DNA of 64,000 nt from Parcubacteria group bacterium (lineage in GTDB: Bacteria; Patescibacteriota; Minisyncoccia; Moranbacterales; UBA2206), in the NCBI GenBank assembly GCA_041659505.1, contig JBAZYF010000003.1, positions 150,026 to 214,025 of the forward strand, in the 5' to 3' direction. Below, piece after piece: positions 30,923-39,465 of this stretch; the stretch's first letter is position 1, and each line of letters begins with the position of its first letter. The notes under the pieces are model-generated. The model made no database searches. It saw only the letters and a list, made by a program, of their open reading frames with translations, and was not told where the DNA came from. Made by a program: the position numbers and the translations under genes.

Positions 30923-31942
30923 CTATAGATTATCCCGGAAAAATTGGATCGTCCTTCGCCAAGCCAAGGAGGAGTTCTGACCGATATTATGGTCGTCTCC
31001 CTGATATTCCACATACTCAACCTTTTTTCCCACTTTCTCCAACTCATCCCGCAAGCGCCGCGAAAGCTCGATCGGCACGCTTTTATCGCCGGTGGCGTGC
31101 TGAAGCTGGATCGGTGAAGAGATATCATTGAGATAGGCATAGGGATCGATCCGGTTCCAAAATTGCGGATTTTGACTGGGCAGGCCATACTCCTCGACCA
31201 GCGGATTGGAACCGCGCAGGAAGGAAATTTTTGCATTATACGTCTCTAGCTCATCAACAAAACTGCCCACCACTCCCGCCCAGAGGGAATAGGCTTTGAT
31301 ATCTTGGGAAATGACCGCGACGCGCAGACCAATTTCTCCCCCGTTGGAATGCCCCCAATAACCGATCTTTCCGGGATCAACATCCGGATATTTTTTGAGA
31401 TAAGCGATGGCCTCAAGCGTGTCGATGGTATATTTTTCGGAAAAATGCGCTCCGGTCGCAACACCCTCGGATTGGCCGTGTCCCCGCAGGTCCGGTTTGA
31501 ACGTGACAAACCCGGCTCTCGCGAGCACTGCCTGATAGCCCTGATAGTTTCCGGTTGTCGAATATTGCTTCGGCGCGATGTACCCATGCACAAAGACGAT
31601 CGCCGGAAAACCCTGCTCCGGCCTTTTCGCGAGAGGAATAGTCAAAAGTCCAAAGATTTTTAAGCCTTCTGAGCGATAGGAAACGATGGATTGTTTGTAG
31701 TTCGATCCGTTCGGCAGAGTTTTTTCCAACACAAATTCTCCGCCTGGATATGTTTGTTTTCTCAACGATTCGATCGCCATCGGAAAATCCGCTTCGCTTT
31801 GGGGCTCGACTTGCGAAACTGGCACATTTTCTTCAACTTTTGGATTCTCGACCGGCGCAGCTTTCTTCGGTCTATCGAAAGCCAAAAATAGCGCCAGTCC
31901 GCTTACGATCACCAAAAAAATGATCGCCGTGGTTTTTTTCAT
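30923..31942 (-). CDS. Secreted/anchored alpha/beta hydrolase (S9-like peptidase)
   Basis: N-terminal TM, VHGY, GHSNGG nucleophile, D..VP, GDDH. Confidence 0.88.
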   Translation of the reverse strand: MKKTTAIIFLVIVSGLALFLAFDRPKKAAPVENPKVEENVPVSQVEPQSEADFPMAIESLRKQTYPGGEFVLEKTLPNGSNYKQSIVSYRSEGLKIFGLLTIPLAKRPEQGFPAIVFVHGYIAPKQYSTTGNYQGYQAVLARAGFVTFKPDLRGHGQSEGVATGAHFSEKYTIDTLEAIAYLKKYPDVDPGKIGYWGHSNGGEIGLRVAVISQDIKAYSLWAGVVGSFVDELETYNAKISFLRGSNPLVEEYGLPSQNPQFWNRIDPYAYLNDISSPIQLQHATGDKSVPIELSRRLRDELEKVGKKVEYVEYQGDDHNIGQNSSLAWRRTIQFFRDNL

Positions 31943-31975
31943 ATTCTTGCATCAAATATATTACCTCCCCCGCTA

Positions 31976-32485
31976 TTAGCCTATCAAGAACCCTCCCAAC
32001 TCCTCAAAAACCCCATCAGTGAAATCGGTTGGTTTGAATTTGAAAATCGCCAGCGCGTTTTTGCGGCAATAGTCGAGCTCTGGTAGATTATTAGTCTTAG
32101 TGTAATGTTTGAAACTATCAAGCGTGTCCGCCGCGCGGATGATCAGTGCATCACGTCCGGCCTCGGCCGCGCGCTTGGCCAAATCTTCAATGCGCTGGTC
32201 TGAATTTTCAATCGAACGATCCTTGGTGTTGGCGCGCACTAATTGCAAGACGGTTTCCCCGAACTCGGATCGTATGAGCTCCTCGGTAATACCGCTCCAT
32301 TCTAGCGCATCGTGCAGAAGTCCAGTAAGTACTGCATCACGGGAATAGTCATTTTCATAGAGATAGACTCCCACGCGGATAACATGAAACAAGATCGGTT
32401 TTCTTGATCCTTCTTGCGATACTGGAAAATGCGCGACAAGCATCCGCAAGGCCTTTTCAAATTCGATATCGATTAGTTCTGGCAT
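31976..32485 (-). CDS. HD-domain protein (small alarmone hydrolase/Mesh1-like fold)
   Basis: PILFH, GLLHDALE, EFGETVLQLV, RAADTLD. Confidence 0.75.
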   Translation of the reverse strand: MPELIDIEFEKALRMLVAHFPVSQEGSRKPILFHVIRVGVYLYENDYSRDAVLTGLLHDALEWSGITEELIRSEFGETVLQLVRANTKDRSIENSDQRIEDLAKRAAEAGRDALIIRAADTLDSFKHYTKTNNLPELDYCRKNALAIFKFKPTDFTDGVFEELGGFLIG

Positions 32486-32537
32486 AATTATTTTATCTAT
32501 CTTGGCAATTTATTATCCAACTTGGCACACTGCGAGA

Positions 32538-32666
32538 CTGGATTCCCGCCTGCGCGGGAATGACATGAAGGGTTGAGATCCTGAATCAAGTTCAGGATGA
32601 CAATGAGAGCAGGAGGACAAGGATGTAAGTAATTTCCGCCCAAGGCGGATCAGCCTAGGGCTGAAA
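32538..32666. repeat. Cluster of three REP-like palindromes
   Basis: CTGGATTCCCGCCTGCGCGGGAATGAC; AGATCCTGAATCAAGTTCAGGATGAC; TCCGCCCAAGGCGGATCAGCCTAGGGCTGAAA. Confidence 0.7.
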
Positions 32667-32712
32667 TTGCGTACATCTCTATTCTACCCCCATTTCCCCG
32701 CTTTGGCAAAGA

Positions 32713-32750
32713 AAAAAGGGATCATCCGTAATGCGAATGACCCCCTTTTT
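32713..32750 (-). terminator. Rho-independent terminator after the dapB operon
   Basis: AAAAAGGGATCATCCG-TAAT-GCGAATGACCCCCTTTT imperfect hairpin with A/T tracts. Confidence 0.55.
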
Positions 32751-32791
32751 GTGAACAATGTTCGAATTGAAATTTGCTATAAAAAACCGAT

Positions 32792-33232
32792 TCATTTCTT
32801 GGGGATAGCTTTGGCAAAAAATTCCGCCAATTCCTCTATGTACCTATCCACATGGAGTATCGCCCTTGCCTCATCCGAGACACGTTCCAAAAAACACCTG
32901 TCATTTCCTCCGGAAAAATGCACAGCGCAACGACAGAACCTGATTAAATCTTCGGCGGAGCCGATACTAAAAAGATCGGCCGGATGAACCAAGAAATATA
33001 TATTGCTGTGTTTTACTTTTGGCGCTGGATCATGCTTAGCACCACACGGAAACTTGAGTGCCATCAGTGAGCCTAACAATAATAAGGGAACTTTCTCCCC
33101 CGCTAATGTCAGCTTGACACCTCGATAATCTATTCCTGCTTCTTTTGACCAAAACTCAGGATCAATCACGACCCCAAAGGTTCCATGATTTGGCCAAAAT
33201 ACAATTTCTCCAAGTTCGGGTTTTCTTCTCAC
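32792..33232 (-). CDS. Hypothetical protein
   Basis: AAGGAGG SD; follows dapB by 12 bp. Confidence 0.65.
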   Translation of the reverse strand: MRRKPELGEIVFWPNHGTFGVVIDPEFWSKEAGIDYRGVKLTLAGEKVPLLLLGSLMALKFPCGAKHDPAPKVKHSNIYFLVHPADLFSIGSAEDLIRFCRCAVHFSGGNDRCFLERVSDEARAILHVDRYIEELAEFFAKAIPKK

Positions 33233-33244
33233 ATTTTCCTCCTT

Positions 33245-34084
33245 TCAACCAATGAGTACATCCGCCATTGAATAGACAGCACCAGGCTGGATATTTTTGG
33301 CGAGAAAGTTGATGGCGTCCAACGTTCCCAGCGCATATACCTCCCTGCCGTTCACATTATGCGTAAACTGAAAAAAAACACTTCCATCAGGAGAACGCAA
33401 GGAGTAGGTATGCCATCCGTGTGCAGAGAGCGCCTTTTCGGGAACTCCCATCGCTCTTTGTTTTTTGGGATTACGCACCTTTTCAATCTGACTTGGGAAG
33501 AACGGAATTCCCAGAGAATTAAAATAGCCTGCCATTGCCTTGGCCGTACCACTGGTGTCTACTTTGCCGTTTTGATGGCTCTCTTCGATTCTCAGCGTAT
33601 ATCCCCTAAAAACACCCGGGAAATTTTTGGTCGCAAACTCCATCATGGCCAAGAAAGTGACAACTTCCTTGGCCATATTGGGTGCAATGACAGCACAAGT
33701 CTGTGACGCCTTGACCATTTCCACAAGTTTTTTCTGATCCCCACCCGTCGTCTCCATAATAAACGGGATTTTGTGGAAACAATAGAATTTAGCGTTCTCG
33801 ATGACCGCCGAGGGATGAGAGAAATCGACAACAATGAAAGAACGATCCTTGTACCATGTCATCCCTTTCACAAGCTGACTTCTTTCACCAGGCGTGAATA
33901 AATTAATGGTAAATCCGTCATCTACAGTAAACGAGAACGCCGAGATTTCAAGGCCAGTCAAGGAAGATTCGTACAGCTTAAACGGGTATCTAATCTTGTC
34001 TGCCTTCACGATTTGATTGCATACCTCGCCTGCCATTTTTCCAGGCAAGCCATTTACCATTACAACGATTTGGTCACTATTCAT
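33245..34084 (-). CDS. dapB: Dihydrodipicolinate reductase, plant-like type
   Basis: VMVNGLPGKMA, VDFSHP, VIAPNMAK, ESHQ..KVDTSGTAKA, HGWHTY, HNVNGR. Confidence 0.88.
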   Translation of the reverse strand: MNSDQIVVMVNGLPGKMAGEVCNQIVKADKIRYPFKLYESSLTGLEISAFSFTVDDGFTINLFTPGERSQLVKGMTWYKDRSFIVVDFSHPSAVIENAKFYCFHKIPFIMETTGGDQKKLVEMVKASQTCAVIAPNMAKEVVTFLAMMEFATKNFPGVFRGYTLRIEESHQNGKVDTSGTAKAMAGYFNSLGIPFFPSQIEKVRNPKKQRAMGVPEKALSAHGWHTYSLRSPDGSVFFQFTHNVNGREVYALGTLDAINFLAKNIQPGAVYSMADVLIG

Positions 34085-34183
34085 TGATTCTTCTCCTTTC
34101 GAAAGTTTAATTGTTTGTTTTATGATTAGTATGGTCAGGATATACCAAGAATAGTCTGAAAATACCTATTCTGTTTTTAAAAA

Positions 34184-34226
34184 GCTATGAAATTAATTTG
34201 TAGCATAGATAGGCGCGATAGTCAAT
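34184..34226 (-). promoter_or_regulatory. Promoter/operator shared with 38135-38177
   Basis: GCTATGAAATTAATTTGTAGCATA...GCGATAGTCAAT; minus strand TTGACT -35. Confidence 0.6.
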
Positions 34227-34271
34227 TGAAATCTTATCCCTAAAACCATAATTATAAAAAAATTAAAAGGC

Positions 34272-35114
34272 CTATTTTTTCAACTTTTTTTGATTTTTTT
34301 GCGTTAGAAAATTATTTCTTGTGACAACTTTTTTGCCTGTTCGTTGTTCGATATCCTGCCTGGTTCTGCCGGCCACCGCTCCGCCTTCTTGGGCGTCACC
34401 TCGTAACTTTCCCAAGCCCTGCGAATTTCTGGTAGTGGTTATTTCGGTCGTTGTCGCTTCGCCCAGCATAGTGAGAATCAGTTCTAATTCTGACATATGA
34501 TCCCTGGGATTGTCCGGATTACTGAGTGATTTAAATTCCTTAATCTGCTTGGCATTCATCTCGAACGCTCCTTTGTAAATCTCATTTGTGAGGATAGCAA
34601 AATCAAATCCTTCTCTTGCTCCTCGCCCTTGCCACTCGTCAGTTAGCGTATTTCGCACATTGATGCCTCGCATCCGCTTTGCGATCCAATCGTCATTATA
34701 GCCCTTCTGTTCATAAATTTTCTTGGCTCGCACAATCGCTCTTTCCGGATCTTGAATTTCTTCAATACGCTCTTGTCCGATTCGCGCCAGCCACAGCTTG
34801 AACGGCTCGGCTTTGGGAGATGGAATTGATTGGATGATTCGGAATATTCCTTGCAAATCGCCACAATTCAGCTTCTGTACACCACCCTTTGTCTCTACGG
34901 AAAGGGGGGTGACAATTTGTCCCCACCCTTTGCCAAGTTCAATATCTCTTAGTCTCATTTTCTTGATATAATCAGAAACATTTGACGTTTGAGTCAGCGC
35001 CTCCACTATATCATTTATAACAAAATACCATTGCTCATCGTGCCAGACGCGACGCACTTCTTTTTGCTCGAAGATTGTTGGATGAGTTTCATTTTCTTGT
35101 TTTTTCTTTTTCAT
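34272..35114 (-). CDS. Bro-N domain protein (phage antirepressor-like)
   Basis: VRRVWHDEQWYF, RIIQSIPSPKAEPFKLWLA, RDHMSELEL. Confidence 0.88.
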   Translation of the reverse strand: MKKKKQENETHPTIFEQKEVRRVWHDEQWYFVINDIVEALTQTSNVSDYIKKMRLRDIELGKGWGQIVTPLSVETKGGVQKLNCGDLQGIFRIIQSIPSPKAEPFKLWLARIGQERIEEIQDPERAIVRAKKIYEQKGYNDDWIAKRMRGINVRNTLTDEWQGRGAREGFDFAILTNEIYKGAFEMNAKQIKEFKSLSNPDNPRDHMSELELILTMLGEATTTEITTTRNSQGLGKLRGDAQEGGAVAGRTRQDIEQRTGKKVVTRNNFLTQKNQKKLKK

Positions 35115-35206
35115 ATTTTTGCTCAATTATTTTTATTATAATGATATTGTATCATTATATCAAATATTTGGCAACTTTACGCAAACGCTTTATCTTTTTC
35201 CGCTCT

Positions 35207-36559
35207 CTATTTTTTCACCCCAAGCATTTTGTCCATCACTTTTTTGGCATAGAGAAGAGAAATGACGACGGCGGTCCAGTTGATGGCGAAAATCCCCCAC
35301 CAGACGCCGTCGAGGTGCCAGTTGAGCACGCGTGTAAAGAGGTAGAAAAAAATGATCGGCGCGAAGGCCTGGCGATAGATGCCGATCCAGATGGCAAAGT
35401 TTGGTTTTTTAAGGCCTTGCAAAGTGGACACGACGAGATAAAGGATCATATAGGCCCAATAGATCCAGATCGAGATGTGAAGATAGTGGACGCCGATTTT
35501 CACTACCTCCGCATCATGGGTGAAAAGCGCGATGAACGGTGTGGCAAAAAGATAGGCCACAAGCATTCCGACAATGACAACGAAAAAGCCATAGCGCATC
35601 ACGGTGCGATAGATTTGACGACAACGCTCAAAATTTCCTGCGCCGTTGCTTTGGGCGATCAAAGTGAGCGCGGCTGTGGTGAGGCCGATCGAGGGAAGCA
35701 TGGCGATCTGATCCATCCGGGTCATGATGCCATAGGCGGCCACCGCCGCTTTGCCAAACGGGGCGACGAAGTAAGTAATGATGAAAATTCCCACCGCGAT
35801 AGTGAGCATATTGAGACTGGCGGGAAAACCTTGTGCGAATAGATTTTTAAAATATTTGAGTTTAGGAACAAGCAACGGCAGGCATTCTTTGCAAAGAATG
35901 CCTCTTTGAGTGAGCACCCAACCCATATAGACCACCCCGATAATTTGGATGACAATCGTGGCCCAAGCGACGCCAGCGAGTCCCATCGCCGGCAGACCGA
36001 GCCAGCCAAACATAAAGACGGGATCCAAAAAACAATTGAGAAAAAATCCGACGATGAGAAAATTACGAAAAGTCGCGGTGTCGCCGCGCGCGCTCAAAAT
36101 TCCGCTCATCACAAAGGTCAGGCTGAAAAAAACTGAGCCGAGAAGAATGATGTTGATGTAGGTTGTCGCGATCTGGAGATATTTTCCTTGGGCGCCCAGG
36201 AGCATGAAAAGATATGGCGCGACCCAAAATCCGATCGCAGTAAGAAAGAGGCTGACAATGACCGAGAAGCTCAAGGCTTGCGAGGCATAGACGCGCGCCT
36301 CCTCTTCGTCTTTCGCTCCGATCGCATTGGCAATGAGCGCCGAGGCACCGGTCGAAATGCCCACGCCCAAGGCAATGATGACAAAAAAGACCGGAAAAGA
36401 AAGTGACAGTGCCGCCAACGCATCGGTAGAAACGAGACCGCCGAAATAGGTATCGACGGCGTTATACATCGTGTTGAAAAAAAATCCTACGCTGGCGGGA
36501 ATGGCGATCAGGCGGATCTGCTTTCCAATATCCCCGCTCGTCAAATCTTGGTCTTGCAT
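35207..36559 (-). CDS. MATE-family efflux transporter
   Basis: LTSGDI, YNAVDTYF, ARGDT, LDPVF, GLAGVAWAT; about 12 TMs. Confidence 0.93.
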   Translation of the reverse strand: MQDQDLTSGDIGKQIRLIAIPASVGFFFNTMYNAVDTYFGGLVSTDALAALSLSFPVFFVIIALGVGISTGASALIANAIGAKDEEEARVYASQALSFSVIVSLFLTAIGFWVAPYLFMLLGAQGKYLQIATTYINIILLGSVFFSLTFVMSGILSARGDTATFRNFLIVGFFLNCFLDPVFMFGWLGLPAMGLAGVAWATIVIQIIGVVYMGWVLTQRGILCKECLPLLVPKLKYFKNLFAQGFPASLNMLTIAVGIFIITYFVAPFGKAAVAAYGIMTRMDQIAMLPSIGLTTAALTLIAQSNGAGNFERCRQIYRTVMRYGFFVVIVGMLVAYLFATPFIALFTHDAEVVKIGVHYLHISIWIYWAYMILYLVVSTLQGLKKPNFAIWIGIYRQAFAPIIFFYLFTRVLNWHLDGVWWGIFAINWTAVVISLLYAKKVMDKMLGVKK

Positions 36560-36646
36560 AATTTTAGCCTTAATAAAATTACATCTTTATTTTAGTGAAA
36601 ATTCGGGGTTTAGTAAACCAGCAAGCTCAATTATGGATAAAAAAAT

Positions 36647-36689
36647 AGAGGGATTTGATTTTGAATTACTCCAATAATCAAATCCCTCT
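36647..36689. terminator. Hairpin terminator
   Basis: AGAGGGATTTGATT...AATCAAATCCCTCT. Confidence 0.6.
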
Positions 36690-36705
36690 TCTTTGAGCAG
36701 CTTTG

Positions 36706-37308
36706 CTACTCCAATTCCATCGCTGCTCGTTGCCAGGCCAGATCCAACGATCCGAAGCTAGCATTGCGACAAAGGAACGAAACTGCTTTTTTGATTGATC
36801 CCTTTTGATCTACTCTTAAGTTCAAGTATTCCTTCAGTCGTCCTTCGGCCGACCAAAGACTTGGGAGATACCACAGTTCCCAAAATCGTGCGTCTTCTCC
36901 CCTTCTTGATCTCAGGCAGATAAAGCCATAACTCGTCAATTTCTCCGCTTCGATCTCATAATTTTCCGGGGAATAGTTGTATCCACAAGGAGCATGGATG
37001 ATGATTGATGGCATGATATATTTTTCCATCTCGACAGGAAACAATTGCAGTTGCTGATTACCCGGAGAGGCGCGGCGCCAGAAAGGCAACATGTCCGTAT
37101 CTTCGGTGGGACCGGGCACATCCTCCCTTCGGCGAATGACCTCTAAGCGACCATCCGTCACGGTTACCCAGAAATGGTTACGAACCATGCATCTGATGTT
37201 TTCTTGTTCTTCCTCGGTCAAATTACCCAAAGCGAGTTCTCCTTTATCACTGGAATGAACTCTTATTCCGGGTAATTTTTTCGGCTTGTTTTCGTCAAAA
37301 TCCCACAT
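36706..37308 (-). CDS. Hypothetical protein
   Basis: 200 aa, AAGGAGA SD. Confidence 0.7.
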   Translation of the reverse strand: MWDFDENKPKKLPGIRVHSSDKGELALGNLTEEEQENIRCMVRNHFWVTVTDGRLEVIRRREDVPGPTEDTDMLPFWRRASPGNQQLQLFPVEMEKYIMPSIIIHAPCGYNYSPENYEIEAEKLTSYGFICLRSRRGEDARFWELWYLPSLWSAEGRLKEYLNLRVDQKGSIKKAVSFLCRNASFGSLDLAWQRAAMELE

Positions 37309-37346
37309 AGATTTCTCCTTTCAGTTGTAGTCACACAAAGTTACTA

Positions 37347-38060
37347 TTAACGGTTGAGATATTTTTTGACATAAATAACTTCTGCCAGAGCAGCGGCCAT
37401 ATCTTCACAGACACCTTCGAGAATAATCGGTATATTCCCTTTCTCTGGCACAGCGTTCAATATCTCGAGCTGTCTTGTAAGAAAAAGTGGCTCGTGATAT
37501 TCAACGAAACCGCTCAGATGGATTTCGCTGATCCGGTCGTAAAACTTTTCAATCATCAGCTGTGCCAGCCGCATCAGCGGGTCAATACTGAAGCAGTGAT
37601 TGAGATCGAGCACAAAACCAAAATTGTTAATTTCAAACAGCTGCTCCAAATTGGAGACTGTTCCATAACTTTTCTTCCTCCAATCAGAGTTTTCCACGCT
37701 GATCGGCAGAGAGAGATTTTTCAAAACTGACCAATCGTCAACGGTGTCCGGATGGATCACCACACAATCGAAATTGAACCGCTCGTGCGCTCTCGTAATA
37801 TGGCCCAAGACACTCATTGTTTCAAAATTTAGCTTGTACCTCAGATCTGTCGGAGCGTGTATTGAGACATGCGCGAAATGTTTCCGGATATCGACAGCAT
37901 CGAGATCGGCCAATCCGCATATATCCTGTTTGCGAATACAACCAATTTCAATCGCACCGCCACCTAATCGTTTGTGGATTTTGATGATGTCAGACGAAAC
38001 TGCCGGGATGCTTTTGAAAAGCGTGCCGGTCGTCATACCGATCAACCTATCATTGCCCAT
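37347..38060 (-). CDS. Xylose isomerase / AP-endonuclease-like TIM-barrel protein
   Basis: SIHAP, VIHPD, VEN, LDLNH, EIHLSG, H, ILE metal ligands. Confidence 0.8.
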   Translation of the reverse strand: MGNDRLIGMTTGTLFKSIPAVSSDIIKIHKRLGGGAIEIGCIRKQDICGLADLDAVDIRKHFAHVSIHAPTDLRYKLNFETMSVLGHITRAHERFNFDCVVIHPDTVDDWSVLKNLSLPISVENSDWRKKSYGTVSNLEQLFEINNFGFVLDLNHCFSIDPLMRLAQLMIEKFYDRISEIHLSGFVEYHEPLFLTRQLEILNAVPEKGNIPIILEGVCEDMAAALAEVIYVKKYLNR

Positions 38061-38134
38061 ATTCTCCCTCCCTTTTTCTTTGTATTATTAATTTCTGCTA
38101 AAAATAACCAAGAAGCTTATTCGGTTTTTAAGTT

Positions 38135-38177
38135 GCTATGAAGTTAATTTGTAGCATAAACCAAGGCGATAGTCAAT
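38135..38177 (-). promoter_or_regulatory. Promoter/operator shared with 34184-34226
   Basis: GCTATGAAGTTAATTTGTAGCATA...GCGATAGTCAAT. Confidence 0.6.
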
Positions 38178-38183
38178 CAGAAA

Positions 38184-38450
38184 CTAATCATCCATCCCGA
38201 TCTTGAAACTCATCGCCAAAAAAGTGCCGGTGGCCACGCCAGCGGCATAGATAATGATGGCCAGCGTGCTCCGCTGAGCATCTAGGTGCGAGAGGATATT
38301 ATAGATCACGAGCATCTGGACCGTCGTGCAAAGGAAGGAAAGCAAGACAGCTGGTCGGACTTTGTGTTTGGCGATATAGCGCCAATCAAGCGTCACCAAA
38401 AAATCCTGGAGGATGCCGGCAAAAAAATAGAGGAATAAATAATAGTCCAT
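38184..38450 (-). CDS. Small membrane protein (DUF2179/DUF5698-like)
   Basis: Three TMs, YAAGVATGTFLAM. Confidence 0.65.
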   Translation of the reverse strand: MDYYLFLYFFAGILQDFLVTLDWRYIAKHKVRPAVLLSFLCTTVQMLVIYNILSHLDAQRSTLAIIIYAAGVATGTFLAMSFKIGMDD

Positions 38451-38478
38451 TTTGATGTTTATTAAAAAGTCAGACTTG

Positions 38479-39369
38479 TTATTCGCGCTGGAAAATTTTC
38501 CCTGCTTCTCCCAATTCATCAATCGCCTCAAAAATAAGACCCATCAATTTGTCATCCTTAAATTTGATCAGATTATTTCGCACCCAAGCAAGCGCTTGGG
38601 CGTGGGAAAATTTCCGACGTCGAACCGCCGCTTCGTATTGATCGAGCGCGATGAGCGCTTTTCCTTGCAATGCGTCCGCGTAATCTTCCAGCAGACCAAT
38701 GACTCTAGCTTCTGATGGAGTCGCGCCCTTATCCTTCGCTAGTCCATAAGGATCGACATCATGGTCGATATGGTGCGATCCAGCGATAATCCGCGTCCGA
38801 CTATCCAAGCCCTGTGGATATTTTTCCAAAATGTCCCGCGTCCAATAAGCATGCTTATCCCAGAAATCCCGCATCGTCGTTTCCTTGTCGATTGTATATT
38901 TTTCTAGCATCCACTGAACATCTTCAATCTGACTAGGCTCAAAGATTTTCATGATTTCATCCTCTAGCAATAATTTTGGATCGCGAATATTTTCACAGGC
39001 AAAAATTTTTATAATCATTTCTTGCTCACCAAGAGTCGCATCGACCGGTCCTGATTTTCCAATGTCATGCAAAATTGCAGCGATCCGCGCACTGGATTTT
39101 TGTTCTGCGGAAAGGCGCAGTGCAGGATTTTGCTCCGAATAGCGATTTTCCAACAATTTAAGAACATTTTCCATCCCCTGTTCAATTTTGCGCGAGTCGT
39201 CATTAAATTTCGATTCCTTTTCGAGGAGTACCAAGCGACCAATTATTTCCTGATGGAGTGATTCATGGAAACCGATCCGCTCCAAGCTCGTCAAGACATT
39301 TTGGCGGCCGACCGACTCCTTCCATTCCTGTTCGCTGGTTTCTTTCATTGCTTCCGGCATTTCAAACAT
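38479..39369 (-). CDS. HD-domain protein
   Basis: AAILHDIGKSG, H, HH, D. Confidence 0.7.
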   Translation of the reverse strand: MFEMPEAMKETSEQEWKESVGRQNVLTSLERIGFHESLHQEIIGRLVLLEKESKFNDDSRKIEQGMENVLKLLENRYSEQNPALRLSAEQKSSARIAAILHDIGKSGPVDATLGEQEMIIKIFACENIRDPKLLLEDEIMKIFEPSQIEDVQWMLEKYTIDKETTMRDFWDKHAYWTRDILEKYPQGLDSRTRIIAGSHHIDHDVDPYGLAKDKGATPSEARVIGLLEDYADALQGKALIALDQYEAAVRRRKFSHAQALAWVRNNLIKFKDDKLMGLIFEAIDELGEAGKIFQRE

Positions 39370-39465
39370 AGTTTCAAATCAGATTATAAAATTAATTACC
39401 TGATGACCAATTTGGATATCATATTCCTATTTTAATCGTATCTCCCTTTTTAGTAAAGAAATCAG

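Noticed and set aside
19245-35114. Prophage or integron, suggested by KilA-N, Bro-N, Fic and the cassette-like layout
   Set aside because: No integrase, terminase or structural genes and no recognisable attC sites; better described as a variable island.
35075-35842. 255-aa plus-strand ORF
   Set aside because: Antisense shadow of the MATE transporter with no recognisable motifs.
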